Positions 52,559-63,665 of a DNA stretch of 64,000 nucleotides are shown here, one piece after another (within the stretch, counting starts at the first letter, position 1; every line of letters starts with the position of its first letter). Source of the stretch: an uncultured Verrucomicrobiae bacterium. GTDB taxonomy: Bacteria; Verrucomicrobiota; Verrucomicrobiia; Chthoniobacterales; UBA10450. The position numbers and the translations under genes were made by a program. Location: assembly GCA_963815455.1 (NCBI GenBank), contig CAWFGO010000001.1, positions 544,001 to 608,000 of the forward strand. Reading direction: 5' to 3'. The notes under the pieces are model-generated. The model was given only the letters and a program-made list of their open reading frames with translations. It searched no databases and was not told where the DNA came from.

Positions 52559-53017
52559 ATGCCCCCGAAATCCGGCCAGAGACTGAGCTTCACAAGGCTG
52601 GCTATCTTATCTCTCGTTGGTTTCGCTGCGGTGCTCTGGATCACTTTACCGCGAATCCTGCATGGAGATTGGAACCGAACCTTTGCCAAACTGGCCGATG
52701 ATCGTTCTATTATTGCGCTCGTCCATGGCTATACAGATAATTTAGCAGATGGTTGGAACGTCAGTTTGATATGGAAGAAAGGGGACGACCGGTGGCATGT
52801 CTATTATCTAAATCATGAAGCTTACTTTGAAAGTTACGAGTTACGACACCGCGATCGGTACATCGACGTATTCTGTAATGGCACTCTGATGGGCCAGCTG
52901 GACACAAGTACCGCTGAGTTTTTTCATGCGAGACAAAACTTCCTGTACAAAAAACCGATCGGGGCGATTCACAGCGCAAACATGGAAGATTACGAAAAAT
53001 GGTCTTATTGGCCCTAA
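52559..53017 (+). CDS. Putative immunity protein
   Basis: 152 aa, starts 20 bp after the Rhs stop, N-terminal TM, low GC. Assignment is by position only. Confidence 0.6.
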   Translation: MPPKSGQRLSFTRLAILSLVGFAAVLWITLPRILHGDWNRTFAKLADDRSIIALVHGYTDNLADGWNVSLIWKKGDDRWHVYYLNHEAYFESYELRHRDRYIDVFCNGTLMGQLDTSTAEFFHARQNFLYKKPIGAIHSANMEDYEKWSYWP

Positions 53018-53116
53018 GTTTGGAGAAATGGAAACGGAAAGGGAAAAGAAAGGCGTCAGTCTTAGAATCCCGGCATTTTGGGTTCGAGAGCTGTCATTGC
53101 CTTTTTCGAGCTATTG

Positions 53117-53217
53117 GAACCAGATCATCAGCAAGGGTTACACTCACGATCTCAACGGCAACATGACCAGCGATGGCGTCCTCGGTTTTGAATTGGATGC
53201 GGCCAATCGTTTGACTG
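53117..53217 (+). pseudogene. Orphan Rhs core fragment
   Basis: 101 bp aligned by eye to 51029-51129 with 10 mismatches. Confidence 0.9.
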
Positions 53218-53245
53218 GGGGGCGGAAAGGGGTCAGGGCTAAGTA

Positions 53246-53274
53246 TTGACACAAACCGCAATCGTGGTCATTCT
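53246..53274 (+). promoter_or_regulatory. Putative sigma70 promoter of the transposase, -35 inside the left IR
   Basis: TTGACA-17 nt-CATTCT-7 nt-ATG, a leaderless arrangement. Confidence 0.55.
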
Positions 53275-53281
53275 TGACCCG

Positions 53282-54211
53282 ATGGCCAGGCCGTTGCGGA
53301 TCGAATATGCGGGCGCGATTTATCATGTCTTGAGCCGAGGGGATCGGCGTGAGGCGATCTTTCGGAGGGATGCCGATCGAGAGCTATTCCTTGATCTTCT
53401 GGCCCGGACCTGTCGGCGCACCGGGTGGCAGGTTCATGCGTATTGTCTGATGAGCAATCATTTTCATCTGGTAGTGGAAACTCCGCGCGGCAACTTGAGC
53501 GCCGGCATGCAGTGGCTCCTTGGTTCTTACACGCAGCAATTCAACCGGCGTCATTCTCTTTGGGGTCATCTCTTTGGGGGTCGCTACAAAGCGCTCCTGG
53601 TCGATGGACGCCGAGGCGCTTATCTGCGGCAAGTGTGCGATTATGTGCATCTTAACCCGGTGCGGGCCGGCATGCTGCGGAGAAACGAGAAGGTGCATAG
53701 TTACCGTTGGAGCAGTTGTGCTCATTATCTAAAGAACAAAGGGAAGCGGCCGGCCTGGCTCAGGGCGAATCGCTTGTTGGGCGAGCACGGACTGCTCAAC
53801 GATGGCGCGCGTGCCCGGAGAGAATTCAGCCGGCGAATGGAATCGATGCGCCAAGAAGCCAATCGGCCCGAGGAGTTGCGGGCGATTCGGCGCGGCTGGA
53901 AACTTGGCGCGGAAGATTTTGTGGATTGGATTGTGGAGAAAATGGAGGTTCCGGCCCAGGAAGCTCATCCGGGTCGAGACCGGGACGAGACGGAGCAGGC
54001 CAAGGCATTGCGAATTGTGCGGGAAGAGCTCAAGCGATTAGGTTGGACTAAGGCGGAACTACAACGACGCCGCAAGGGAGACGCGGGCAAGGTTGCGTTG
54101 GCGCGCCGACTGCGCGAAGAAACCGCTGTGAGTTTAAAATGGATCGCAGAGAATCTGCACATGGGCACGTGGACGCATGTATCCAATCGGCTTTACCATG
54201 GAGGCTTCTAA
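53282..54211 (+). CDS. Y1/HUH transposase (RAYT-related)
   Basis: MARPLRIEYAGAIYHV, MSNHFHL (HUH), GHLFGGRYK, YVHLNPVRAG, C-terminal HTH-like region. Confidence 0.92.
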   Translation: MARPLRIEYAGAIYHVLSRGDRREAIFRRDADRELFLDLLARTCRRTGWQVHAYCLMSNHFHLVVETPRGNLSAGMQWLLGSYTQQFNRRHSLWGHLFGGRYKALLVDGRRGAYLRQVCDYVHLNPVRAGMLRRNEKVHSYRWSSCAHYLKNKGKRPAWLRANRLLGEHGLLNDGARARREFSRRMESMRQEANRPEELRAIRRGWKLGAEDFVDWIVEKMEVPAQEAHPGRDRDETEQAKALRIVREELKRLGWTKAELQRRRKGDAGKVALARRLREETAVSLKWIAENLHMGTWTHVSNRLYHGGF

Positions 54212-54241
54212 AAATGTCATTACTTAGCTCTGACCCCTTTC

Positions 54242-54421
54242 TGCCCTTTCTTATCTGCCGCAAATGTCGTGGCCCAGAGAATCTGTAGTCAGAACCAGTG
54301 TTGCAAAGACGTAACCGTACGTGTGATCTGCGACAAGTATTGGGTCATAGACGCAGTAAAGGCCCTTGTCGATTCGTCGATGTGCGGTCGAGCGCTTCCG
54401 TTTAGCTGCAAGAGGAAATAG
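54242..54421 (+). pseudogene. Probable truncated toxin C-terminus
   Basis: Start-less open frame ...QRICSQNQCCKDVTVRVICDKYWVIDAVKALVDSSMCGRALPFSCKRK* ending 5 bp before the next ATG. Confidence 0.55.
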
Positions 54422-54426
54422 GAAGT

Positions 54427-54963
54427 ATGAGCAGTAAGCTATTCTCTTGTCTGATTATTATCGTCTGCGGGGCAACGTCGGGACCAAGCGCACCGGATCC
54501 ATTTAAAGGCCCAGAAACCATCCCAAATCCGCTGAGTCAAGCGACGATCGCCGCGATTCATTCCATTGTAGTCGGACAATATGGTCCGGGGGAGGAGTGG
54601 GAGGCCCAGCCAATAGAAATCGTCAAAGATTCCTATCGATTGGAACGAATCAAGAAAGCTTTGGGTTCTCCCATCCTCCATAAGATGGCTCGACCCTCCC
54701 TTATCGGTAGATCCTACCAGCTGATCTGTCTGGACAAGAATGGAAAGGCTGTGGCCGGCGCATCCTATCGCCTTGTGGCTTCATTCCGATATGTCCTCCA
54801 ACTCTCTCAAGATGTTGCGGCGAAGAACGGCCATTTCTACGATTACCCTCCAGGGCAAACAGGAACTCCTGGCAAATGGGATCCAAAAACTGACTACCGC
54901 GCTTACGTAATTCCTTTCAACTCTCAGTGGCAAGAGGCGATAGGTTACACTCCCGGCTGGTGA
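54427..54963 (+). CDS. Hypothetical exported protein, putative orphan immunity protein
   Basis: 178 aa, signal-like N-terminus, low GC, directly follows the toxin remnant. Confidence 0.55.
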   Translation: MSSKLFSCLIIIVCGATSGPSAPDPFKGPETIPNPLSQATIAAIHSIVVGQYGPGEEWEAQPIEIVKDSYRLERIKKALGSPILHKMARPSLIGRSYQLICLDKNGKAVAGASYRLVASFRYVLQLSQDVAAKNGHFYDYPPGQTGTPGKWDPKTDYRAYVIPFNSQWQEAIGYTPGW

Positions 54964-55007
54964 TCTCCTGCTAGCGATTCTCGAAATCTTAGAAACTGCT
55001 TTGAGGA

Positions 55008-55042
55008 AGGTTTCGACTACGCTGCGCTCCGCTCAGGATGAC
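55008..55042. repeat. GTCAT REP family, single right arm
   Basis: ttcgactacgctgcgctccgctcaggatgac. Confidence 0.7.
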
Positions 55043-55102
55043 GGAAGGCCGCGTCAGGCCGCCTCTTTTCTTATCCCCAAAATTAGGCGATGTTAGGTAT
55101 TC

Positions 55103-58100
55103 ATGCAGGAATTCCCTTCGGACCCGCCTTCGCAACGCTACGGCGCGGCAGGGTCGGTGACTCCGTTCGTTTTTTCCGATCCCGCCGGTAAACGCTGGCC
55201 GCGTTTGCGCCTGATTTTGCTCGTGGCGGGCGTGCTGGTTTTCGTGGGAACAGTGCTTTTTGTTCAGACACTGTTTGTGGCGCCGCAGATGAATCTGCCC
55301 ATCTCGCTGCGGCAGTTGAAAGGGCAATTAAAGGCGCTGCGAAAACACAACCCGGCCGGTCAGGCGACCACGACTTCGTCGCTTTGGCAGAAATTTGGAG
55401 CCGCGCGGCAGGCGGCAAAAAAAGCCGGCGCTCCCGCGCCGGTGTCACCGCCTCGGCCGCGAAAAAAATCGCCGAACAACGAGGTGCGGCTGGCATTTTA
55501 TGTTAACGGCGATCCCTACAGTTACGCGTCGCTCGAGGAGCATGCGTCGCAAATCACGCATGTTTGTCCCGAGTGGATTTCAGTGGTGAACGGCCTGGGC
55601 GACTTGCAGATCGATCCCGACTCGCGATTGCCGAAGTTCTGCGCCAACAAAGGGATCGCGTTGATGCCGCTGATGACGAATTTGGTAGGCGATGCGTGGC
55701 AGCCGGAAGCGATCGAGAACCTGGCGCATGGGCCGGCGGACCGGCAGGAGCGATTCATTCGCAAAGTGATCGATGTCTTGCGCGAAGCCGGAGCGGCGGG
55801 CGTGGTGGTCGATTTCGAGCAAATCGATGCGGCCTACAAGAGCGACCTCACCGCGTTCATCGACAAGCTCGCCGATGCATTGCACGAAGACGACAAGGAA
55901 CTCTGGCTCTGTGTTCTGCCCGGTCAGGAGCTCGATTACCTCGATTTCGACAACTTGTCGGAGAATGTCGATCGGTTCGTGGCGATGCTGTTTGACGAAA
56001 CGTCCGCCACCGATCGCCGGGGCCGCTGGCATCACGTCCATGGTTTGAAGGCTGGTTGCACGTTTTGCTGGAGGATGCGGATGCGAAGCAATGGATCATC
56101 GCTTTGGGAAGTTACGGCTACGATTGGACCATCGGGGCAAAAAAAGCGGAACTGATCAGTTTTCCCGAGTCGATGAGTCGCGCCCACAATGCGGAGGTGG
56201 AAGGCGTGGACGTGGCGACGCCTGGTTACAATCCATATTTCTATTTCGAGGATGGCGACAAGGAACACAGCGTCTGGTTTCTCGATGTAGTCACGTTCCT
56301 GAACGAACTGCGCGAGGTCCGGGGCCAAAAGGCGGGCGGATTTGCGCTCTACCGTCTCGGGAGCGAAGACGGCGCGATTTGGGACGCGCTGAGCGTCCCG
56401 CGCGATTTCAAGATCGACAATCAAACACGGCAGGCGCTCGAAGTGTTGGAGGGCACCGACACAATCGCGGACGTGGGAGAAGGAGAAATTGTGACGGTGG
56501 ATGAAAGCCGATCTAATGGTTTGCGAAAATTGACTGCCGATTCCGAAGGTTATCTCACGGCGAAATACGAGAAGTTTCCGCAGTTCCCGACGCTGTATCA
56601 TCAGGGCGCCGGGGGCGAGCACCAGGTGGCGCTGACATTCGACGACGGCCCCGATCCGTTATGGACGCCGAAGATCCTGGACATTTTGAAAGCGGCGAAT
56701 GTGAAAGCGGCGTTCTTTGTCGTTGGTGTCAATGCGGAGCGTTACCCGAACCTTGTTCGCCGAATCGTCGATGAAGGACACGAGATCGGGAACCACACTT
56801 ATTATCATTCCAATCTGGCCGAATGCGGCGCGGAACATATCCGGCTCGAATTGAACGCGACGCAGCTCTTGATTGAGTCGATTACGGGCCGGGCAACGAC
56901 ATTGTTCCGGCCACCGTATGCGGCGGACACAAGCCCGTCGCAAATCAGAGAGCTGATTCCGTTACAAATCGCCGAGGACCTGAACTATCTGGTGGTTCTG
57001 GAAAGCATCGACCCGCAGGACTGGGCCAGGCCGGGCGCCGACACGATTCTTCAACGAGTGAAACAGCAACGGCGTGACGGCAGCATCATCTTGCTGCACG
57101 ATGCCGGCGGCGATCGATCGCAAACGGTGGAAGCGCTTCCACGAATTCTGGATTGGCTCCATACTCGCGGCGACACGGTCGTTTCCCTGAGCACGCTGCT
57201 CGGTACGACCCGTGACGCGCTGATGCCGCAATTGGCCAAGGGCGGTCAGCCGTTTGCTCGAGTAGTGAGCAGCACCGGCTTCCGTGTTTATCACGCGATA
57301 GAAGAATTTCTCTGGGCCTTCATGATCGTCGCCACGGCGCTGGTCGTTATTCGCACACTGATCGTTATCTGGCTGGCGTATCGATTCCAAAGAAAACCGA
57401 GAACCGATTTCGCCGAGCCAGTGAGTGTCGTTATTGCCGCTTATAACGAAGGCAAAGTGATCGCGAACACTCTGAGCACACTGTTGAACACCGAATACAC
57501 CGGCGAGCTCGAAGTTGTCGTGGTCGATGATGGATCGCGGGACGAAACCGCCGCGGAAGTGGCGCGCGTCGCCGATGTCGATCCTCGCGTGCGCCTGTTG
57601 CAACAAGAAAATCGCGGCAAGGCCTTCGCCTTGCGGCGCGCGCTTTCGTCCGCGCGTCACCCGATCATCGTTTTTATCGACGCGGATACTCAATGCCAGC
57701 GGGATACGATCCCGCGTTTGCTGGAACCGTTCGCCGACGCAGACGTCGGCGCGGTCTCGGGTCATGCCAAAGTCGGCAACTTGAGAACGTTCATCGCGCG
57801 TTGCCAGGCGCTGGAGTACATCTGCGGATTCAATCTCGACCGGCGCGCTTACGATCGTTGGAACTGTATCACCGTCGTGCCCGGCGCGATCAGTGCGATT
57901 CGTAAAGAAGCAATCGATCTGGCCGGCGGTTTAAGTTTGGAAACGCTGGCCGAAGACACCGATCTGACCCTCGCCTTGCACAAACATCGACAACGGATCG
58001 TTTATGTTCCCGGCGCGATCGCCTGGACGGAAGCGCCTGAAACCGTCCGGACGCTGGCGCGGCAACGATTCCGCTGGGCTTACGGAACGCTGCAATGTCT

Positions 58101-58488
58101 CTGGAAACATCGCGACATGATTTTCAATTGGAACTATGGCGCGCTCGGTTTGTTCAGTTTGCCAAGCGTCTGGTTTTTCCAAATCATTCTCGTCGCCGTG
58201 ACGCCGATGGTGGATTTGTTTTTGCTCGCGTCGCTGCCCTTCGGCGCCTGGCGAGCGGTTCTGCCTTTCGTAATCACCTTTCTGGCAATGGACGTGATCC
58301 TGGCCACGCTGGCCTGCATTCTCGAGCGCGAACCAATCACCCGCGCCTGGCGTATCTTGCCGATGCGCCTGTTTTATCGCCCGCTGTTAAGTTACTGCAT
58401 TTGGAAAGCGATTCTGCGGGCGATCAAAGGGGCGTGGGTAAGCTGGGGAAAACTGGAACGGACCGCCAGCGTGCCTGTCCGGGCATAA
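55103..58488 (+). CDS. GH18-like + polysaccharide deacetylase (CE4) + GT2 fusion; frameshift near 56020
   Basis: VVVDFE; LTFDDGP, HEIGNHTYYH, FRPPY, LLHD; DDGS, DAD, AEDTD, QRFRW. Confidence 0.9.
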
Positions 58489-58554
58489 GTCTTTTATTAC
58501 AAAACTGTAATTAAAAGCTTGCTTCCGTGGGCTTAAGCGTGTTTCATCCCGCCC

Positions 58555-61005
58555 ATGTTTTCGCGAACCCATCTCTCTCTCGGCCTCGCTCTCGTGGCGC
58601 TCGGGCTCTGCTCGTTTGTTCAACCCGCTGCCGCCGGTGAAGATTCGCTGCCGCCGCTCGCTTCGACCGATGGCGACGATGTCGATCCTGGCGATCAGGA
58701 CGATCACAAGTCCCATAAGCCGGGAAAACGTTCGCGCCGCATCGCGGTGGATGAAAACGGGATGCCTCTTCCTGATGTAGAAGAGGGCACCTCAGTTGCC
58801 GTGGTAAGCGCGATCGCGACTGCGGAAGCCGAGCACGTTGTCGTGACCGGCGGGTTTGATGTGAATCCGGTGGAATATCCCGCTCTGCCGGAAGTCGAGG
58901 GAACAAGAATCAACTCCGGCAAGAAAACGTCGTTCATAAAACCGGAGGAGTTCCCTCGGTTGCGAACAACGATTACCGGGAAGTCACCGCAACTACGCCT
59001 GGAATCCTGGTTAGTGAGGAACCGTCCTCACCGATCGTCAATTTCGGTTATCGCGGCCTGGATTCGCAGCGGAGCGAGTTCATGCAAATCCTCAAGGACG
59101 GCGTTTCGATCAAGAACGAGCAGTTCGGTTTTCCCGAAACCCATTACACGCCAATTCTCGATGCGGTGGAACGCATCGAGTTCATCCGGGGCGGCGCGGC
59201 GTTGCAGTACGGACCGCAACCAGGCGGCGCGTTGAATTTCGTGATGAAGATGCCACGACGCGATGCGCCGTTTCATTTTGTCGAAAAGAACTTGTTCGGG
59301 AGCGATGAGCTGTACCAGAACTACACCGCAATCGATGGCGGCATCGGCCAGTTTGGATATTTGGCCTACTACGATCATCGCGAGCGCGAAGGATTTCGCG
59401 ACGCCAACAGCGATTACGAGGTGAATGCCGGCAGCGCGCGCGCCGTCTGGGACGTCACGAACGACAGCCGATTCATTCTGACCTTCGACGCCTACGAAGA
59501 GGAACATGGCGAACCCGGTGGTTTGGCGCGTCGCGGAGGCCTGGCGCCCGCCCGGCTCGAGTTTCTACGAAGACGATCGCAATGCGACTACGCGTTTCTT
59601 CGACCGCTTTCGTCTGGCCGGCATTATGGCGTGCTGGATTATCAGAAAATGTTCTCCGACCGCACACAATTGGACCTGAAAGCTTTTGGCGGTTATCTCG
59701 CCCGATGGAGCAAGCGCCAGCGCGGTGGCGGCATTTCGGCGTTATGCCCGAACCCAATCCCGGCCGAGGAGCGGCATCGCCAGGACAAACGACATTCAAG
59801 CGCGATTGGATTGGACCGAAGGGGCCGAAGCGCGGCTGCGACACGACTACGATCTGTTCGATGATGTTTCCACATTTCGCCGGCGGCATTTACTTCTATC
59901 ATGCGCTTCAGCATCGAGACGACCGTCGCGGTTTCACGCCCGATGCCGAAGACGGATTGCTGCGCCGGTCGAACTTCGGCGAGAGCGTATAATGGCTCGA
60001 TTTTCGCCGAGAACCGTTTTCACTTTGGGCGCTTGTCGTTTACGCCAGGTATGCGGCTGGAGTTTTTCCAGCAGGAACTCAGACAGGACGTCAATATCAC
60101 TCAGCCGGTTGACATGCCGCTTATCGGGCAGTCCGATTTCTCATTCGTTCCATTGTTTGGAACCGGAGTCTCATACGTCCTATGGAAGGGGATGATATTC
60201 TCGCGCCAGCTCCGGTTGCCGGGAGCAAGGAGGCCGATGCAAAGGAGGTAAAAACCCTGTTGTTAATCAGTTGTCGGTAAAGCTCCGCCGCGCCTCGAGC
60301 TTTATGGCGAACTTTTCCCAAGCATATCGACCCACGCACCTACGGCGAGTTCGTTCCAACCAGCCCAACCGGTTCTGTAAACGGGAACCTGGAAGAAGGC
60401 CACTCTTTCAGGCCGAGCTCGGGTTGCGAGGGAAACCGCTGCCTTATCTCAACTTCGACATCAGCGGTTTTTGGTACAGCTTCGAGGACCAAATCGCTGA
60501 AATCGGCAACCACCACGGCAAACGTCGGTGATGCCCGTTATTTCGGTTTTGAAGCGGCTGCCGAGTTCGATGTCCTGGCGCTGAGCAATGGCGGGACGGA
60601 AAGTCCCTGGGGCAAGTTGAACATTTACGGAAACGTGACGTTGCTCGATGCCGAGTTTACCTCGGGCCTGACCAATGGAAAAGTGCCACTCCGGCTTATG
60701 CTCCGGATTACCAGATTCAAAGGCCGGCGCGATCTATCGGTGGAAAGAAGCGGTCAAGGTCGGCATGCTCGGCACGTCCGTGGACGATCATTTTTCGAAC
60801 GCGGACAATGGCTTTCAGCACGTCATTCCCGGGTTACAACGTTTGGGACCTGACCGCGGAAGTGAAATTCTGGAATAACCGCATCGGGGTTTTCGCCGGG
60901 ATCAAGAACTTGTTCGACGAAGATTACTGGGCGGAGATGCGCGACGAAGGCATCGTGCCGGCTTATCGCCGCAATTATTACGGCGGAGTCGAGATCTTCT
61001 GGTAA
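58555..61005 (+). CDS. TonB-dependent receptor (FecA-like), many frameshifts
   Basis: Plug motif VERIEFIRGGAALQYGPQPGGALNFV; C-terminal GIKNLFDEDY...RNYYGGVEIFW. Confidence 0.85.
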
Positions 61006-61106
61006 GCGAGTTTGTTTGTTCGGCACACGCGTTATGGTTCGCATGTGCTGAGAGTATTCGTCGTTCTGCTAGTTGCTCGTGTCGGCCGGTTGCAAGAAGG
61101 CCGACC

Positions 61107-62159
61107 GTGACGACTGCTCGCATCGATCCCAATAGCCCGGTCGAGGTCGTAATTCCCGAACACGGCGCCTACACCGGCGCGTTCATGGATTTCGGCGATG
61201 AAGAGGACGATGTCTCCCTGGAGACGATCGAGGAGTTCGAGCAGATGGTCGGCAAACATCAGGCCATCATCGCGTCGTCAAGTTATTGGGGGGAGCAAAG
61301 TTTTCCCACTGCTAATCTCGAAATCATCTGGCGGCACGGTTCGCTGCCGCTCGTCTTTTGGTCGCCTTGGGACAAGCCTTACCAACAAGACCGCGGACCG
61401 GACCGCTTTAGCTTGCTCGAGATTCTCGACGGGAAATGGGACGCCTACATCGACAAGTGGGCCGACGCCGCCCGCGAATTCGGTCACCCGATAATCGTTG
61501 ATTTTGCCAACGAGGCGAATGGCACATGGTTCCCCTGGTCGGGCACTTACTACGGAGCCGACCAATGGGACGCAGAACACCAGAATTCGAAAGGTCCGGA
61601 GACTTTTCGCAAAGCCTTTCGCTACGTGGTCGATCGAGTCCGGGCCCGCGGCGCATCGAACATCAAATGGATGTTTCACACGAATAATTATTCTTACCCG
61701 CTTCGCACATGGAATTTCGCGCCGGCCTATTATCCCGGCTCGGAATATGTCGATTGGTTAGGCCTGAGCGTTTATGGACAACAATTCAAGGACGAGCCCA
61801 ATCCGGATATTCGTTCATTGGTAGACTGGCCATACCAGGAGATGTGCAAACTTGATCCAAACAAGCCGATCATGATCGCGGAATGGGGAACCGGTGAATT
61901 TCCGCATTCGGCAGACGCCGGCGGAATTGGCAAGAGTGAATGGATCGAGGAAGGGCTGGAGCTTTTCCGAACGCATTATCCGCGCATCAAGGCGGCGGTT
62001 TACTGGCACGAGCGCTGGCAAAATCTCGATGGATCGTATAGCAATCTGCGCGTGAATTCCTCGGTGGAATCGCTCAACGCCTATCGCCAGGGCGTGGCCC
62101 ATCCGGATTGGCTGGGCAATTTGATCCTGCGCGCAACTTCCGCGTCGAAATCGAAATAG
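61107..62159 (+). CDS. Glycoside hydrolase family 26
   Basis: NEANGTWFPW, YYPGSEYVDWLGLSVY, KPIMIAEWG. The true start is probably upstream (frameshifted SAGC lipoprotein-like signal). Confidence 0.85.
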   Translation: MTTARIDPNSPVEVVIPEHGAYTGAFMDFGDEEDDVSLETIEEFEQMVGKHQAIIASSSYWGEQSFPTANLEIIWRHGSLPLVFWSPWDKPYQQDRGPDRFSLLEILDGKWDAYIDKWADAAREFGHPIIVDFANEANGTWFPWSGTYYGADQWDAEHQNSKGPETFRKAFRYVVDRVRARGASNIKWMFHTNNYSYPLRTWNFAPAYYPGSEYVDWLGLSVYGQQFKDEPNPDIRSLVDWPYQEMCKLDPNKPIMIAEWGTGEFPHSADAGGIGKSEWIEEGLELFRTHYPRIKAAVYWHERWQNLDGSYSNLRVNSSVESLNAYRQGVAHPDWLGNLILRATSASKSK

Positions 62160-62169
62160 TCTCCCGATT

Positions 62170-62252
62170 TCGCACAACGGACACAAAGGTCACTAGGGTC
62201 TCAACTAAATCCTTTTGTCTCTTCCGTTGTTTTCTTTGTGACCTTTGTGCGA
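62170..62252. repeat. Inverted 9-mer tandem arrays between convergent genes
   Basis: gcacaacgg acacaaagg tcactaggg ... tccgttgtt ttctttgtg acctttgtg cga. Confidence 0.75.
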
Positions 62253-62255
62253 GTC

Positions 62256-63132
62256 CTAGTTCTTTGGCGGCGCTTTTTTCTGCAGATCGAGAACGAGTCT
62301 CCACTGGCCGGGCGGTTCCAGACGCCAGATGCAAAAATAAATTCCGCGCTCCGTCGCGCCGGCGAGGCCGCTCGAATACTCGCCGTATTCGTAAGCGAGA
62401 TCGTTGGCTTTGCTCATTCCGCCGCCGCTACGAGTCCGCGATGTCTTACCGTGCTCGGGGCCAAGCATCTGTTCCGCTGCCGCTCTTCCGACTGCCGGAA
62501 TGGCGCCGCGGCGATAAATGCGAATGTCGTCACTCGCGCTCGCGACAATGGCCGCGCCTTCATCTTTCTCCAGGGACTTCTGCAAACGCGCTCCGCTGCT
62601 TTTCAAAATCGGCTCGCGCGGTTTCCGGATGAGTGGACGGATTCTTTGGCACATACGTCGTGACCTGATGCTCTGCTTCCTGCGGTTGCCGATGGTTGAC
62701 GCCAACATCGACAACGACCTTCCAGGTGCCATCTGAATCCTTTCGCCAAACCGACACGAAATGACCGAACGCTTCCGGTTTTTCGTCGCCGCGGACCTTA
62801 CGATATTCGAAGGGTCCGGTCGTATAGCCGAGTTCGCCGCTCCGGGCAATCGCCGCGAAGGCCGGCCCCCAGCTAATTACCGGATCTTCCTTTGCTTCCT
62901 TCCAGAACTTTCTGCCATTGACCACATCGGGCGCAAAAATCACCGCGTCGCCGGCCAAAACCGTGAGCGACGCCTCCCGAAACCCTTTCTCGGCGCCGAG
63001 CTTGGCGTAAGCTTTTTCAGCCGCGACCAGAGAGCCGACAGCTTTCTCAAGATCGACAGGTTCGGCGCTGGCACCAGCCATGCCGGCCAGAACAACCAGC
63101 AAAGGAAAATTGAGCCCTTTAAACAAAATCAT
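62256..63132 (-). CDS. Exported tandem NTF2/SnoaL-like (DUF4440) protein; frameshift near 62580
   Basis: SGELGYTTG...SVWRKDSDGTWKVVVD and a second copy DLAYEYG...IWRLEPPGQWRLVLD. Confidence 0.78.
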
Positions 63133-63152
63133 CGGTTGGCGGCGTCTGGATT

Positions 63153-63665
63153 ATGAAAGACCGTGAAGAGGTCATGGACAATGTGGCAATCAATGAAGAT
63201 TGGAAAGAGTGTTTTTCGCAATTTGCGCCCGGCTTGCTCCTATTCGCCCGCCAGTGGGTGCGGACTCAGGCCGACGCGGAAGACATCGTCCAGGAAGCTT
63301 TCGTCAAATTCTGGCGAAGGAATCACCAGGTCGAAAATCGCGCCCTGCTCTATGCTACCGTTCGTTCCATCGCGCTCGATTTTATCCGCCGCGATAGCCG
63401 GCGTGCCCGGCGCGAGATGGTTGCCTTTTCTGACGCGGAGCAATCGATCGAGCCGCAATTTGAGTTGGAGGACGATGAGCAACGGGCATTGGTCATGGCG
63501 CTGGATGGCCTGCCGCACGATCAACGCGAGGTGCTGGTCATGAAAATTTGGAACGATTTTACTTTCGCGGAAATCGGGAGCGCCCTGGGCATTTCGCAAA
63601 ACACCGCGGCATCGCGTTATCGCTACGCGCTGGCCGGTCTCAAGAAAAGTTTGCAACCGCAATGA
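63153..63665 (+). CDS. ECF RNA polymerase sigma factor
   Basis: AEDIVQEAF; region 4 LPHDQREVL...TFAEIGSALGISQNTAASRYRYA. Confidence 0.93.
   Translation: MKDREEVMDNVAINEDWKECFSQFAPGLLLFARQWVRTQADAEDIVQEAFVKFWRRNHQVENRALLYATVRSIALDFIRRDSRRARREMVAFSDAEQSIEPQFELEDDEQRALVMALDGLPHDQREVLVMKIWNDFTFAEIGSALGISQNTAASRYRYALAGLKKSLQPQ

Larger units (their letters stand above)
53225..54241 (+). mobile_element. RAYT-like Y1 (HUH) transposase element with 27-bp terminal inverted repeats
   Basis: gaaaggggtcagggctaagtattgaca (53225-53251) vs reverse complement of 54215-54241: 25/27 identical. No clear target duplication. Confidence 0.85.

Noticed and set aside
16074..53217. Diversity-generating retroelement (Avd-like gene plus the 101-bp repeat pair 51029/53117)
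   Set aside because: No reverse transcriptase in the window, the mismatches are not adenine-specific, and the Avd-like gene is about 35 kb away.
14509..57765. Many long antisense or alternate-frame ORFs (e.g. 14509-15387, 41100-42041, 56962-57765)
   Set aside because: Shadow ORFs of real GC-rich genes with no recognisable motifs.
16169..62252. CRISPR array
   Set aside because: The repeats are 7-10-bp tandem units without unique spacers, and no cas genes were seen.
7601..63132. Numerous frameshifted genes as pseudogenes or programmed frameshifts
   Set aside because: Single-base indels hit core genes such as aroC and increase toward the right, without accompanying in-frame stops or decay. 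Sequencing or consensus error is the simpler explanation; read polishing would decide.
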